Part shown: piece after piece, positions 1 to 7,846 of the stretch | Layout: each line of letters begins with the position of its first letter | Position numbering within the stretch: position 1 is the first letter of the stretch | Source of the DNA: an uncultured archaeon | GTDB lineage: Archaea > Asgardarchaeota > Heimdallarchaeia > Heimdallarchaeales > Heimdallarchaeaceae | Assembly: GCA_964534625.1 (NCBI GenBank) | Contig: CAZHRF010000066.1 | Coordinates: 1-11,597, forward strand | DNA: 11,597 nucleotides | Direction: 5' to 3' | Notes under the pieces: model-generated | What the model saw: only the letters and a program-made list of their open reading frames with translations | Told to the model about the DNA's origin: nothing | Databases searched by the model: none | Made by a program: the position numbers and the translations under genes

Positions 1-1
1 C

Positions 2-55
2 CGCTCATTTGGTGCAGACTTTATTGAACGATTAGATACATTAGAGTCAGTATAA
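2..55 (+). CDS. 3' end of an upstream gene (partial; ...RSFGADFIERLDTLESV*), product unknown
   Basis: Open frame from window edge to TAA at 53-55, ending 15 nt before the AOR start; too short to identify. Confidence 0.5.
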   Translation, partial: RSFGADFIERLDTLESV

Positions 56-59
56 GAAA

Positions 60-64
60 GAGGT
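60..64 (+). promoter_or_regulatory. Shine-Dalgarno site for AOR-family gene
   Basis: GAGGT ending 6 nt upstream of ATG 71. Confidence 0.7.
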
Positions 65-70
65 TAAAAC

Positions 71-1912
71 ATGTCAAAAACAAAATTAAAAGGTTATACA
101 GGAAAGTATTTAGATATAGACCTCACCACTCAAGAAGCTACAATTAAAGAATTACCAGCGGATTGGCCAAAAAAATATATTGGAGGTATTGGTTTCGGCA
201 TTAAAGTGGCGTGGGACAATATTCCTCAAGATGTTGATGCATTATCATCGAGAAATGTAATAAGTTTTTGGACAGGTCCTTTTACTGGTACAATGGTGCC
301 AGTTTCAAGTAGATATGCTGCGGTAGCCAAATCACCTTTAACAGGAACTATAGGGTTTGATATCTCTTCAGGCTATTTTGGAACTGAGCTTAAACGTGCT
401 GGTTGGGACGGTGTGGTTATACGTGGAAAAGCAAGAAAACCCGTTTATATTTTTATAGAAGACAATGATATTGTTGAATTTCGTGATGCCAAGCAATATT
501 TAGGTAAAAGTACTTGGGAGGTAGAGGATCTTATTAAAGAAGAATTAGATGATCCTTCTATACGCACCTTGACAATAGGTCGTGCGGGTGAAGGTTTGGT
601 TAGATATGCATCTATTACTAACGACAAAAATCAAAGTGTTGGCCGATCTGGAATGGGAGCTGTCATGGGATCAAAGAATCTCAAAGCTATTGCTATCCGT
701 GGAACGAATAATATTGAGGTAGCGGATTTAAATGCTCTTACCAAACAAGCTAAACAATTGTATAAAGAGTGTAGAGATCCAGCTATGCGGGCTGATCAAA
801 TAAGCAATCCTGTGAATATGCTCAAATATAACAAAGAAGGCATACTAACCACAAACAATCATCAACAAATGACATTTGAACATGTAAAAAAAGTTTCAAG
901 TGAAAAAGTGATAGAAAAAAAAGTAAAGAAAATTATCGCGTGTGAGATGTGTCCTGTTGCATGTAATCATATTAGTATTATTGAAGAAGGAGAATATAAG
1001 GGAGCAGTAGGAAATATAGATTTCGAGTCAGTCTGGGCACTAGGACCATTTTTGGGTATAGATACTCTTGATGCCATCACTAAAGCGATTGAATATTGTG
1101 ACACATTAGGAATAGACACCATTTCAACAGGAGGGGTGATCGCTTGGGCAATGGAGTGCTATGAAAAAGGTATTTTTACTAAGGAAGATACTGATGGATT
1201 AGAATTAAACTTTGGGAATCACCAAGCAATGGTAGAGTTAGTCCGACGTATAGGTAACCGAGAAGGAAAATTTGCCTCACTACTCGGAGAAGGATCTAAA
1301 CGGGCAGCACTTCAAACAGGCAAAGATACTATCAAATTTGCCATGCAAATTAAAGGGCTAGAAACAAGTGTTTATCCGTTCCGAGTGATGCAAACACGAG
1401 CTTTAGGTTATGCAACTGGTATTTTAGGTTTTGACCACGGTTTTATTGAAGATAATGAAGTGGATCGTTTTTCATTGGATGATAAAAGAGGAAAATTTGT
1501 GGCTGATAATGAAGATGATAATTCTGTTATTGATTCATTAATTATTTGTAACTTTGGAAGACAAGTTTATCCAAAGAAAGAAAAGTTAGCAGAGATCTGG
1601 AAATGGGTGACAGGTGAAGATATAACATATGAACAACTACAAAGTCGAGGTAAAACAATTAACACTCTCGGAAAATGTTTTAATGTACGTCATGGATTCA
1701 CACGTAAAGACGATTATCTTCCAGCTAGGTCCTATGAAAATGCTTTGGATAACGATAAAAATAAAAAAGTTGTTGTAAAAATGGAACAATGGGATAAAGC
1801 ATTAGACTCCTATTACGAAGAACGCGGATGGGATACCAAAACCAGTATTCCAAAGAAGGAAACGTTGAAGCAATTGGGACTGGAGGAAGCAGCAGAAGAG
1901 GTAGGTGTATAA
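71..1912 (+). CDS. aor: Aldehyde:ferredoxin oxidoreductase (AOR/WOR) family tungstoenzyme large subunit, divergent
   Basis: 613 aa. Family motifs KSPLTG, ELKRAGWD, GRSGMGAVMGSKNLKAIAIRG, CxxCxxxC (CEMCPVAC), CDTLGIDTISTG, DSLIIC (4th Fe-S Cys) and C-terminal YYEERGWD...P.KETL..LGL. Confidence 0.93.
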   Translation: MSKTKLKGYTGKYLDIDLTTQEATIKELPADWPKKYIGGIGFGIKVAWDNIPQDVDALSSRNVISFWTGPFTGTMVPVSSRYAAVAKSPLTGTIGFDISSGYFGTELKRAGWDGVVIRGKARKPVYIFIEDNDIVEFRDAKQYLGKSTWEVEDLIKEELDDPSIRTLTIGRAGEGLVRYASITNDKNQSVGRSGMGAVMGSKNLKAIAIRGTNNIEVADLNALTKQAKQLYKECRDPAMRADQISNPVNMLKYNKEGILTTNNHQQMTFEHVKKVSSEKVIEKKVKKIIACEMCPVACNHISIIEEGEYKGAVGNIDFESVWALGPFLGIDTLDAITKAIEYCDTLGIDTISTGGVIAWAMECYEKGIFTKEDTDGLELNFGNHQAMVELVRRIGNREGKFASLLGEGSKRAALQTGKDTIKFAMQIKGLETSVYPFRVMQTRALGYATGILGFDHGFIEDNEVDRFSLDDKRGKFVADNEDDNSVIDSLIICNFGRQVYPKKEKLAEIWKWVTGEDITYEQLQSRGKTINTLGKCFNVRHGFTRKDDYLPARSYENALDNDKNKKVVVKMEQWDKALDSYYEERGWDTKTSIPKKETLKQLGLEEAAEEVGV

Positions 1913-1913
1913 A

Positions 1914-2450
1914 ATGACTGAAGAAATAGTTGAACAACAAGAACCAATACCACAGAGCAAAAGAAAAATCATCCTCTGTAATACTGACGAGTGTACGGGA
2001 TGTCGTATTTGTGAGTATGTATGTGCAGTGGTAAATGAAGGGGTACAAAACCCTCGTCTTTCCCGCATACGTGTAATTAGAATTGATCCTGTATTTGACC
2101 TTGCATTAGCTTGTCGAAAATGTGAACATCCTACGTGCCTTGATGCATGTGCTCGCAGTGCTATTACACAAGATCCAGTTACCAACATCATACACATTGA
2201 TGAAGAAAAATGTGATGGGTGTGGCTTTTGCGTTGAAATCTGTAACTTTGGTGTGCTGACGATAGGCATTGATAAAAAAGTGTCTTTTGTCTGTGACACG
2301 TGTGAAACGAACAACGATGGAGACCCTGCTTGTGTGCAGTACTGTCCGAAAGAAGCGTTATCGTTTGTTTCTATCGATGACTGTACTGATGAACGGGTGA
2401 AGACCTTTCATCAAGTGTTACAGCAAAATGTTGATGTGTCTGACCAATAA
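1914..2450 (+). CDS. 4x[4Fe-4S] electron-transfer subunit (DmsB/HydN/CooF-like; AOR small subunit)
   Basis: Four Cys groups: CTGCRICEYVC, CRKCEHPTCLDAC, CDGCGFCVEIC, CDTC...PACVQYCP. ATG 1914 preferred over GTG 1905 because AGGTG (1903-1907) sits 6 nt upstream and it begins 1 nt after the AOR stop. Confidence 0.9.
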   Translation: MTEEIVEQQEPIPQSKRKIILCNTDECTGCRICEYVCAVVNEGVQNPRLSRIRVIRIDPVFDLALACRKCEHPTCLDACARSAITQDPVTNIIHIDEEKCDGCGFCVEICNFGVLTIGIDKKVSFVCDTCETNNDGDPACVQYCPKEALSFVSIDDCTDERVKTFHQVLQQNVDVSDQ

Positions 2451-2455
2451 CTCAA

Positions 2456-2518
2456 AAACAAAAACTCTTTTTTCTATTATTTTTGTTTCTATTTCTTTCT
2501 ACTTTATTTATATTTTTT
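2456..2518 (+). terminator. Probable terminator of the AOR unit
   Basis: Weak 9-bp inverted repeat AAACAAAAA (2456-2464) / TTTTTGTTT (2480-2488) and several T tracts directly after the stop at 2450. Confidence 0.55.
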
Positions 2519-2540
2519 GAATCCTTAAGTGTATGTCTTT

Positions 2541-2562
2541 GCTATAATTCAATGGTTATAGC
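2541..2562. promoter_or_regulatory. Palindromic candidate transcription-factor site
   Basis: Perfect inverted repeat GCTATAA-N8-TTATAGC in the only large intergenic gap; function inferred. Confidence 0.35.
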
Positions 2563-2806
2563 GTGAAGGGTATGGATTGTCATTTTTTTTTAACTTAAAT
2601 TTTTAATGCTGTGTTAACTGTATAACTGCTTTTAACATCATTTCCTTATGTTTTCTAAAAAATCTCCATAGAGTAATGTTTATTAATCCTCATATTTCCG
2701 TCGTGCGTAGGTTTAAGCTAAACTTAATGAAGAATAACCAAAAAAAATTTACTTGCAGATGAGTAATATTATGTTCAATTTCATACATACAATTAAAAAA
2801 CAAAAT

Positions 2807-2811
2807 GAGGT
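2807..2811 (+). promoter_or_regulatory. Shine-Dalgarno site pointing to a TTG start at 2820
   Basis: GAGGT lies 8 nt before in-frame TTG 2820; ATG 2805 is preceded only by an A-rich run with no SD. Confidence 0.55.
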
Positions 2812-2819
2812 TTTTACTC

Positions 2820-4421
2820 TTGAGTTTTAATGAAGAACAATATAAAGAACTTCTTAATAGGATAGAGAACTTAGAAGATAAGGGTTTTTCTTCCCAAAAA
2901 GAAGAAATTTTGGCGTTTATTTCAGATACTATGGGCGATAAGAAACTCTCCCGTCAGCTTTCTAAACTTAAATATGTGGAAAATGCTGTGGCAAGAATAA
3001 AAGCACGTACTAAATATTTACGAGATATCAATTTAAAAATAACTTCAAATGAAATCCAAGTTAATAAACAATTATATGTAAATAGTGTACGATTGATTCT
3101 TGATAAGGAGACTTGTTTCCGATGTGAAATCTCCCACTCAATATGCCCGAAAGACGCAATAACCATTGAACGCGGAGAACGTGGTTCAGAACCAGTAATT
3201 CAAGTCGATCATGACAAATGTGTTTTGTGTGGTCTATGCGTACCTTTCTGTCCTTCTGGCTGTCTAAGTCTTTTTGTTGATGATGAAGCAGATCTCCTCC
3301 TTGCAGATTATCAAAGTTTACCTATTTTACCAGAATTAGAGGAGACTAATATTTGTCAAAAATGTGTTAGAGCGTGTGAAAAAGATGCGATAGACTTTAA
3401 CATGCAACCTGAAATAATTGATGATGCCTATGGTACAATCACAGTGGCAACAGGCTACGAAACGTATCCAATAGAAAATATAGGCGAATATGGTTATGGA
3501 ACAATACCTGATGTAATATCGGGGCTACAGTTTGAGCGATTACTGTCTTCTAATGGACCAACGGGAGGAGAGATAAGACGTCCATCTGACGGTAAGCTAG
3601 TAAAAACAATAGTGTTTGTACATTGTGCGGGGTCTAGAGATCCTGCTAAACATCTACCTCATTGTTCAAAAATATGCTGTATGTATTCGACAAAACATGC
3701 TTTACAGTTTAAACATTTAGTACATGATGGGATGGCATATAATTTCTACATAGATGTGCGTACTGCAGGAAAAGATTATGAAGAGTTTTATCAACGCGCA
3801 ACAGAACAAGAAAGAGTTGTGTTTGTTAGAGGAAAAATTTCCGAGCTCCAAGAAGATGGAGATAAGATTTTAGTGCGAGGAGTAAACACACTTACAGCTG
3901 AGACAGTAGAAATTCATGCGGATATGGTGGTTTTAGCAACCGGGCTTATACCTAGCGATGGAACGAAAGAGATAGCTCAATTACTTAAACTCTCTTCTGG
4001 TCCTGCTGGATTCATAAAAGAAGCACACGCTAAATTGAAACCTGTAGAGACCGCTCTTTCTGGCATTTATGTTGCTGGTACAGCAGCAGGTCCAAAAGAT
4101 ATCCCTGAAGTCGTCGCTTCAGCTTCTGGTTCGTCATCTAAAGCCCTTGGCTTATTATCATCTGACTTCCTTGAACGTGATCCTATAATTGCAGTAGTTG
4201 ACGAAACAACTTGTGGTATCTGTATGACTTGTACATATATCTGTCCATATGGAGCAATATCCTTAAATCGCAACACAGGTAAAATTGAAGTAAATGATGC
4301 GTTATGCGAGGGATGTGGTTCTTGCGCAGCAGGATGTCCATCGGGCAGTATTGAATTACGTAATTCAACCTATGGAGCCATAAGTAATAGTATCAAAGCT
4401 TTACTCTCGGAGGTAAGATAA
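2820..4421 (+). CDS. hdrA: Chimeric heterodisulfide reductase subunit A-like protein: unknown helical N-terminus + FwdF-like ferredoxin domain + C-terminal part of HdrA (ORF open from ATG 2805)
   Basis: HdrA motifs from about 3345 on: VATGY, EYGYG, LQFERLLSSNGPTGG, CAGSRD...CSKICCMYSTKHA, FYIDVRTAGKDYEEFY, EAHAKLKPVET, GPKDIP, and a C-terminal 2x CxxCxxCxxxCP. No GxGxxG motif, no FPTxDC motif and no N-terminal HdrA Fe-S domain. Confidence 0.85.
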   Translation: MSFNEEQYKELLNRIENLEDKGFSSQKEEILAFISDTMGDKKLSRQLSKLKYVENAVARIKARTKYLRDINLKITSNEIQVNKQLYVNSVRLILDKETCFRCEISHSICPKDAITIERGERGSEPVIQVDHDKCVLCGLCVPFCPSGCLSLFVDDEADLLLADYQSLPILPELEETNICQKCVRACEKDAIDFNMQPEIIDDAYGTITVATGYETYPIENIGEYGYGTIPDVISGLQFERLLSSNGPTGGEIRRPSDGKLVKTIVFVHCAGSRDPAKHLPHCSKICCMYSTKHALQFKHLVHDGMAYNFYIDVRTAGKDYEEFYQRATEQERVVFVRGKISELQEDGDKILVRGVNTLTAETVEIHADMVVLATGLIPSDGTKEIAQLLKLSSGPAGFIKEAHAKLKPVETALSGIYVAGTAAGPKDIPEVVASASGSSSKALGLLSSDFLERDPIIAVVDETTCGICMTCTYICPYGAISLNRNTGKIEVNDALCEGCGSCAAGCPSGSIELRNSTYGAISNSIKALLSEVR

Positions 4422-4876
4422 TGAGTAAAATGGCAAAAATATCTAAAAACCAAATATTAAATCAAGATCCTAAAGTAATTTTATTCCTTTGTAGATGGTG
4501 TAGTGGAAAAGGTGCAGATTATGCCGGTGTAGCAAGAATGTTATATCCTGCAAATATTTTACCAATAATGGTAAATTGTTCAGGTCGTGTCGATCCACAA
4601 CATGTAGTAGAAGCATTTCTAGAAGGTGCTGATGGAGTGATGATTACTGGATGTCATTTTAATGACTGTCACTATAGAACTGGTAATTACAAGACTTACA
4701 AACGGATGTCAGTATTATTTAAGTTATTCAAACAGTTAGGTATTGATGAGCGAAGATGGAAATTGACTTGGATATCAGCGACTGAGGGAGCTAAATTTGC
4801 TAAAGAAACTACAGATTTTGTTGAACAGCTAAAGTATTTACCCCCTTATGGAAAAAGAAAAGGAGAAGATGAATAA
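4421..4876 (+). CDS. mvhD: Methyl-viologen-reducing hydrogenase delta subunit ([2Fe-2S])
   Basis: FLCRWCS..GAD.AG, VNCSGRVDP, GADGV..TGCH..DCHY..GN, WISATEG. SD GGAGGT at 4409-4414; TAATG overlap with hdrA. Confidence 0.95.
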   Translation: MSKMAKISKNQILNQDPKVILFLCRWCSGKGADYAGVARMLYPANILPIMVNCSGRVDPQHVVEAFLEGADGVMITGCHFNDCHYRTGNYKTYKRMSVLFKLFKQLGIDERRWKLTWISATEGAKFAKETTDFVEQLKYLPPYGKRKGEDE

Positions 4877-5874
4877 TGAAAAAAGTCAATATGGGGATAG
4901 CATTAGGAGCAACATGTGCAGGTTGTGATGTTGCTATTTTGGATTTGAATGAAAAAATATTACCTGTATTCGATTTAGTAGAATTTAAATTCTGGCCAAC
5001 TGCTATGGATTTTAAACTTGATGATCTAAAAGCGTTAAAAGCTAAAGAATTAGATGTTGGGATTTATCATGGGGCTATAAGAACTGAAGAAGATAAAGAA
5101 ATAGCGGAAATACTTAGAGAAAAAGCAAAAGTTATAGTAGCTTTTGGTGCATGTGCAAACTTCGGGGGAATACCCAGTCTTTCCGATTTACCTTTTACTG
5201 AAAATATGTTTGATGTTGTTTACAAAGATGTTCCATCGATGGACAATCCTGAAGGTATTGTCCCATTAGTAAAAACGACAGTTGATGGTACTGAATTAAC
5301 TTTACCTGGTATTAGAAAACATGCAAAAGCTTTAGATTCGGTTATTGATGTTGATTATTGGGTACCTGGTTGTCCACCAATGGTACCACTTATTGAACAA
5401 TTAATAGAAGTTGTGAAAGTATATGCCACAACTGGTGAATTACCACCAAAAGGAACGGTAATAGCAGGTGAAAAAACACTCTGCGAAGAATGTGGAAGAG
5501 AAAAACCTGAACAAATTCTGTTAGAAGATTTTATTACCGCTCAAGAAGCAGACAAAATAGACCCAGATAAATGTCTATTATCTCAAGGTATATTATGCAT
5601 GGGACCTGCAACCCGCGCAGGATGTGGTGGATTATGCACCCATAGAAATGTCGGATGTAGAGGTTGTATGGGAGGAACAAGTGCAGTAAAAGATCAAGGG
5701 TTAAAGATGATATCTGCGTTAACTTCCATGATAGTATTAGATAAAGAAGAGAACCTTGGGGAAGAAAGATTAAGAGAAGTTGTGAATAAAATTGAAGACC
5801 CATTAGGATTATTTTATAGGTTCAGTTTTGGTAAATCACTTATTAGTCAATTACATGCGGAGGAGGAGATTTAA
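4876..5874 (+). CDS. mvhG: F420-non-reducing [NiFe] hydrogenase small subunit
   Basis: CAGCD, AFGACA..GGIP, VPGCPP, CEEC, CLL.QG.LCMGPATRAGCGGLC, CRGCMG; no Tat leader; TAATG overlap with mvhD. Confidence 0.93.
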   Translation: MKKVNMGIALGATCAGCDVAILDLNEKILPVFDLVEFKFWPTAMDFKLDDLKALKAKELDVGIYHGAIRTEEDKEIAEILREKAKVIVAFGACANFGGIPSLSDLPFTENMFDVVYKDVPSMDNPEGIVPLVKTTVDGTELTLPGIRKHAKALDSVIDVDYWVPGCPPMVPLIEQLIEVVKVYATTGELPPKGTVIAGEKTLCEECGREKPEQILLEDFITAQEADKIDPDKCLLSQGILCMGPATRAGCGGLCTHRNVGCRGCMGGTSAVKDQGLKMISALTSMIVLDKEENLGEERLREVVNKIEDPLGLFYRFSFGKSLISQLHAEEEI

Positions 5875-7349
5875 TGGCAAATAAAACGATAAAAATACAT
5901 CCAATTACAAGGTTAGAAGGTTTGGCTAAAATTATAGTTAAACTCAATGACAAAGGAAATGTAGATGATGCGTTCTTTCAAGTAGTAGAATTGCGAGGAT
6001 TTGAACGTTTTGTCAAAGGAAGACCTATAGAAGAAGTGTTACGAATAACTCCAAGAATTTGTGGAGTATGCCCAATCCCCCACCATCTCGCTCCTGCTAA
6101 AGCTTCAGACAGAATTTATGGAGTCGATCCTCCCAAAACAGCTAAAATGTTAAGGGAAGTATTGGCGTTAGGGCACAATCTTCATAGCCATATATTACAC
6201 TTTTATGCTTTTGCACTCCCCGATTTTGTTTTAGGGGAAAAGAAAGAACCTGGAACACATAATATATTAGGATTATATAAGAAATTCCCCGATTTAACTA
6301 AACAAGCTATCAAAATGAGAGGATATGCGCAAAAAATACAAGGAATGATCGGAGCGAAAGCTACACATCCCGTAACTGCTATACCTGGTGGCATAAGCAA
6401 AGGTATAACTAAGAATGAATCTGAAGATATACTAGAAATGGCTAAAGAGATGGTAGAGTTTGGTAAACTAGGTCTAAATACCTTTGACAAATTGGTAGTA
6501 AAAAATGATCAATTAATGTCTCTTATTAATGATGACGCTTACAAAATGACAAGCCATTATATGTCGGTTGTAGGAGAAAAAAATACACTTGACTTTTATA
6601 ATGCTAATACAGTGAGAATTGTTGATACAAAAGGTAAAGAAATAACAAAATTTGAAGCAAAGGACTATTTAGATCACATAGCAGAGCATGTTGAACCATG
6701 GTCATATTTGAAATTCCCCTATCTTAAAGCAAAAGGCTGGAAAGGCATTAAAGATGGAGCTGATAGTGGTCTTTACAGAGTTAATGCGTTAGCAAGGTTA
6801 AATGTTATTGATAAAATTAAGACGCCTTTAGCACAAGATGCAATGGAAAACATGTATAGTGTTTTAGGTGGAAAACCTGCTCATCATACATTAGGATTTA
6901 ATTGGGCAAGACTAGTCGAAATACTCTATTGTGCTGAACGAATGGTAGAATTAGCTGAACAACCAGAAATATATTCAGAGAATTATAGAACAAAAGTCAG
7001 TAAAAAATCAATTACAGGTGAAGGAGTAGGAGTAATTGAAGCACCACGAGGGACGCTTTATCACCATTATAAGACAGATATGGAAGGAAGAGTGACCAAA
7101 GCAAATATTATCGTGGCTACAACAAATAACAATTCTGCAATCTGTTTGAGTGTTAAACAAGCAGCACAAGGAATGATAAATAAAGGGCAATATAATGAGG
7201 ATGTGTTGAATAAAATTGAAATGGCGTTTAGAGCATATGATCCTTGTTTGGCATGTGCAACACATACCCTACCTGGTAAAATGCCTTTAGTAGTAGAAAT
7301 ATACGATAATGACAAGAAATTGATAAAAACTATTAGGCGAGAAAAGTGA
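5874..7349 (+). CDS. mvhA: Group 3c [NiFe] hydrogenase large subunit
   Basis: L1 RICGVCPIPH, His-rich HNLHSHILHFY, EAPRGTLYHHY, L2 AYDPCLACATH followed by a 27-aa cleavable tail. SD GGAGGAG; context with mvhDG and hdr. Confidence 0.95.
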   Translation: MANKTIKIHPITRLEGLAKIIVKLNDKGNVDDAFFQVVELRGFERFVKGRPIEEVLRITPRICGVCPIPHHLAPAKASDRIYGVDPPKTAKMLREVLALGHNLHSHILHFYAFALPDFVLGEKKEPGTHNILGLYKKFPDLTKQAIKMRGYAQKIQGMIGAKATHPVTAIPGGISKGITKNESEDILEMAKEMVEFGKLGLNTFDKLVVKNDQLMSLINDDAYKMTSHYMSVVGEKNTLDFYNANTVRIVDTKGKEITKFEAKDYLDHIAEHVEPWSYLKFPYLKAKGWKGIKDGADSGLYRVNALARLNVIDKIKTPLAQDAMENMYSVLGGKPAHHTLGFNWARLVEILYCAERMVELAEQPEIYSENYRTKVSKKSITGEGVGVIEAPRGTLYHHYKTDMEGRVTKANIIVATTNNNSAICLSVKQAAQGMINKGQYNEDVLNKIEMAFRAYDPCLACATHTLPGKMPLVVEIYDNDKKLIKTIRREK

Positions 7350-7846
7350 GAATTGCTTTAATTGGTCTAGGAAACCCCTATGTTGGAGACGATTCGATAG
7401 GAATAAAGGTAGTAGAGAAGATTCAAGCTAACTATCCTCTACCTAAAAATATAGATGTACTGCCTGATCTTTCCCTATCAGGAATCGGATTAGTGGAGGT
7501 TTTTAGGGGATATGATAAAGTTATAATTGTTGATGCTATCATGACAAAGAATCAGCAAGTAGGGGAAATAGTTGTTTTTACACCAGATGATTTAACAGAT
7601 ACATTGCATACAACTGATTTCCATAATATGGATTTCTTTTCAGCAGTACAATTCGCCAAACAACTTTACAACGATATTCCTGAAGATATAACTCTTGTGG
7701 GAATAGAGATAGAAAAAGCGAACGAATTTACATATGAGATTTCTAACCAATTAAAAAATAATTACAAGAAAATAGTAGATCAAGTTTATTCATTACTCAT
7801 GAAAATTAAAGATAAGGAGATAAAAACAAATGTCAGAATACATTAA
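7346..7846 (+). CDS. Hydrogenase maturation endopeptidase (HycI/HybD family)
   Basis: IGLGNPYVGDDSIG, VIIVDA, conserved His (DFH), LVGIE; GTGA overlap with the mvhA stop. Confidence 0.92.
   Translation: MRIALIGLGNPYVGDDSIGIKVVEKIQANYPLPKNIDVLPDLSLSGIGLVEVFRGYDKVIIVDAIMTKNQQVGEIVVFTPDDLTDTLHTTDFHNMDFFSAVQFAKQLYNDIPEDITLVGIEIEKANEFTYEISNQLKNNYKKIVDQVYSLLMKIKDKEIKTNVRIH

Noticed and set aside
2515-2575. tRNA-like fragments (D-arm-like TAATTCAATGGTTATAGCG; TGAATCC upstream)
   Set aside because: No acceptor stem, anticodon arm or correctly placed T-arm; no cloverleaf can be built.
2590-2637. Repeated TTAAC/TAACTG and inverted TGTTAA...TTAACA
   Set aside because: Short AT-rich words with irregular spacing; expected by chance.
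2671-2767. GAGTAAT repeated 90 nt apart, and several TATA-like words
   Set aside because: Only 7 bp with no flanking similarity; multiple equally weak TATA candidates, so no promoter can be assigned.
2451-2804. Missing HdrA N-terminus hidden upstream by a frameshift
   Set aside because: The gap is short and rich in homopolymer tracts, the ORF track shows nothing there, and I saw no GxGxxG-encoding remnant; the sequence upstream of the junction is a different in-frame domain.
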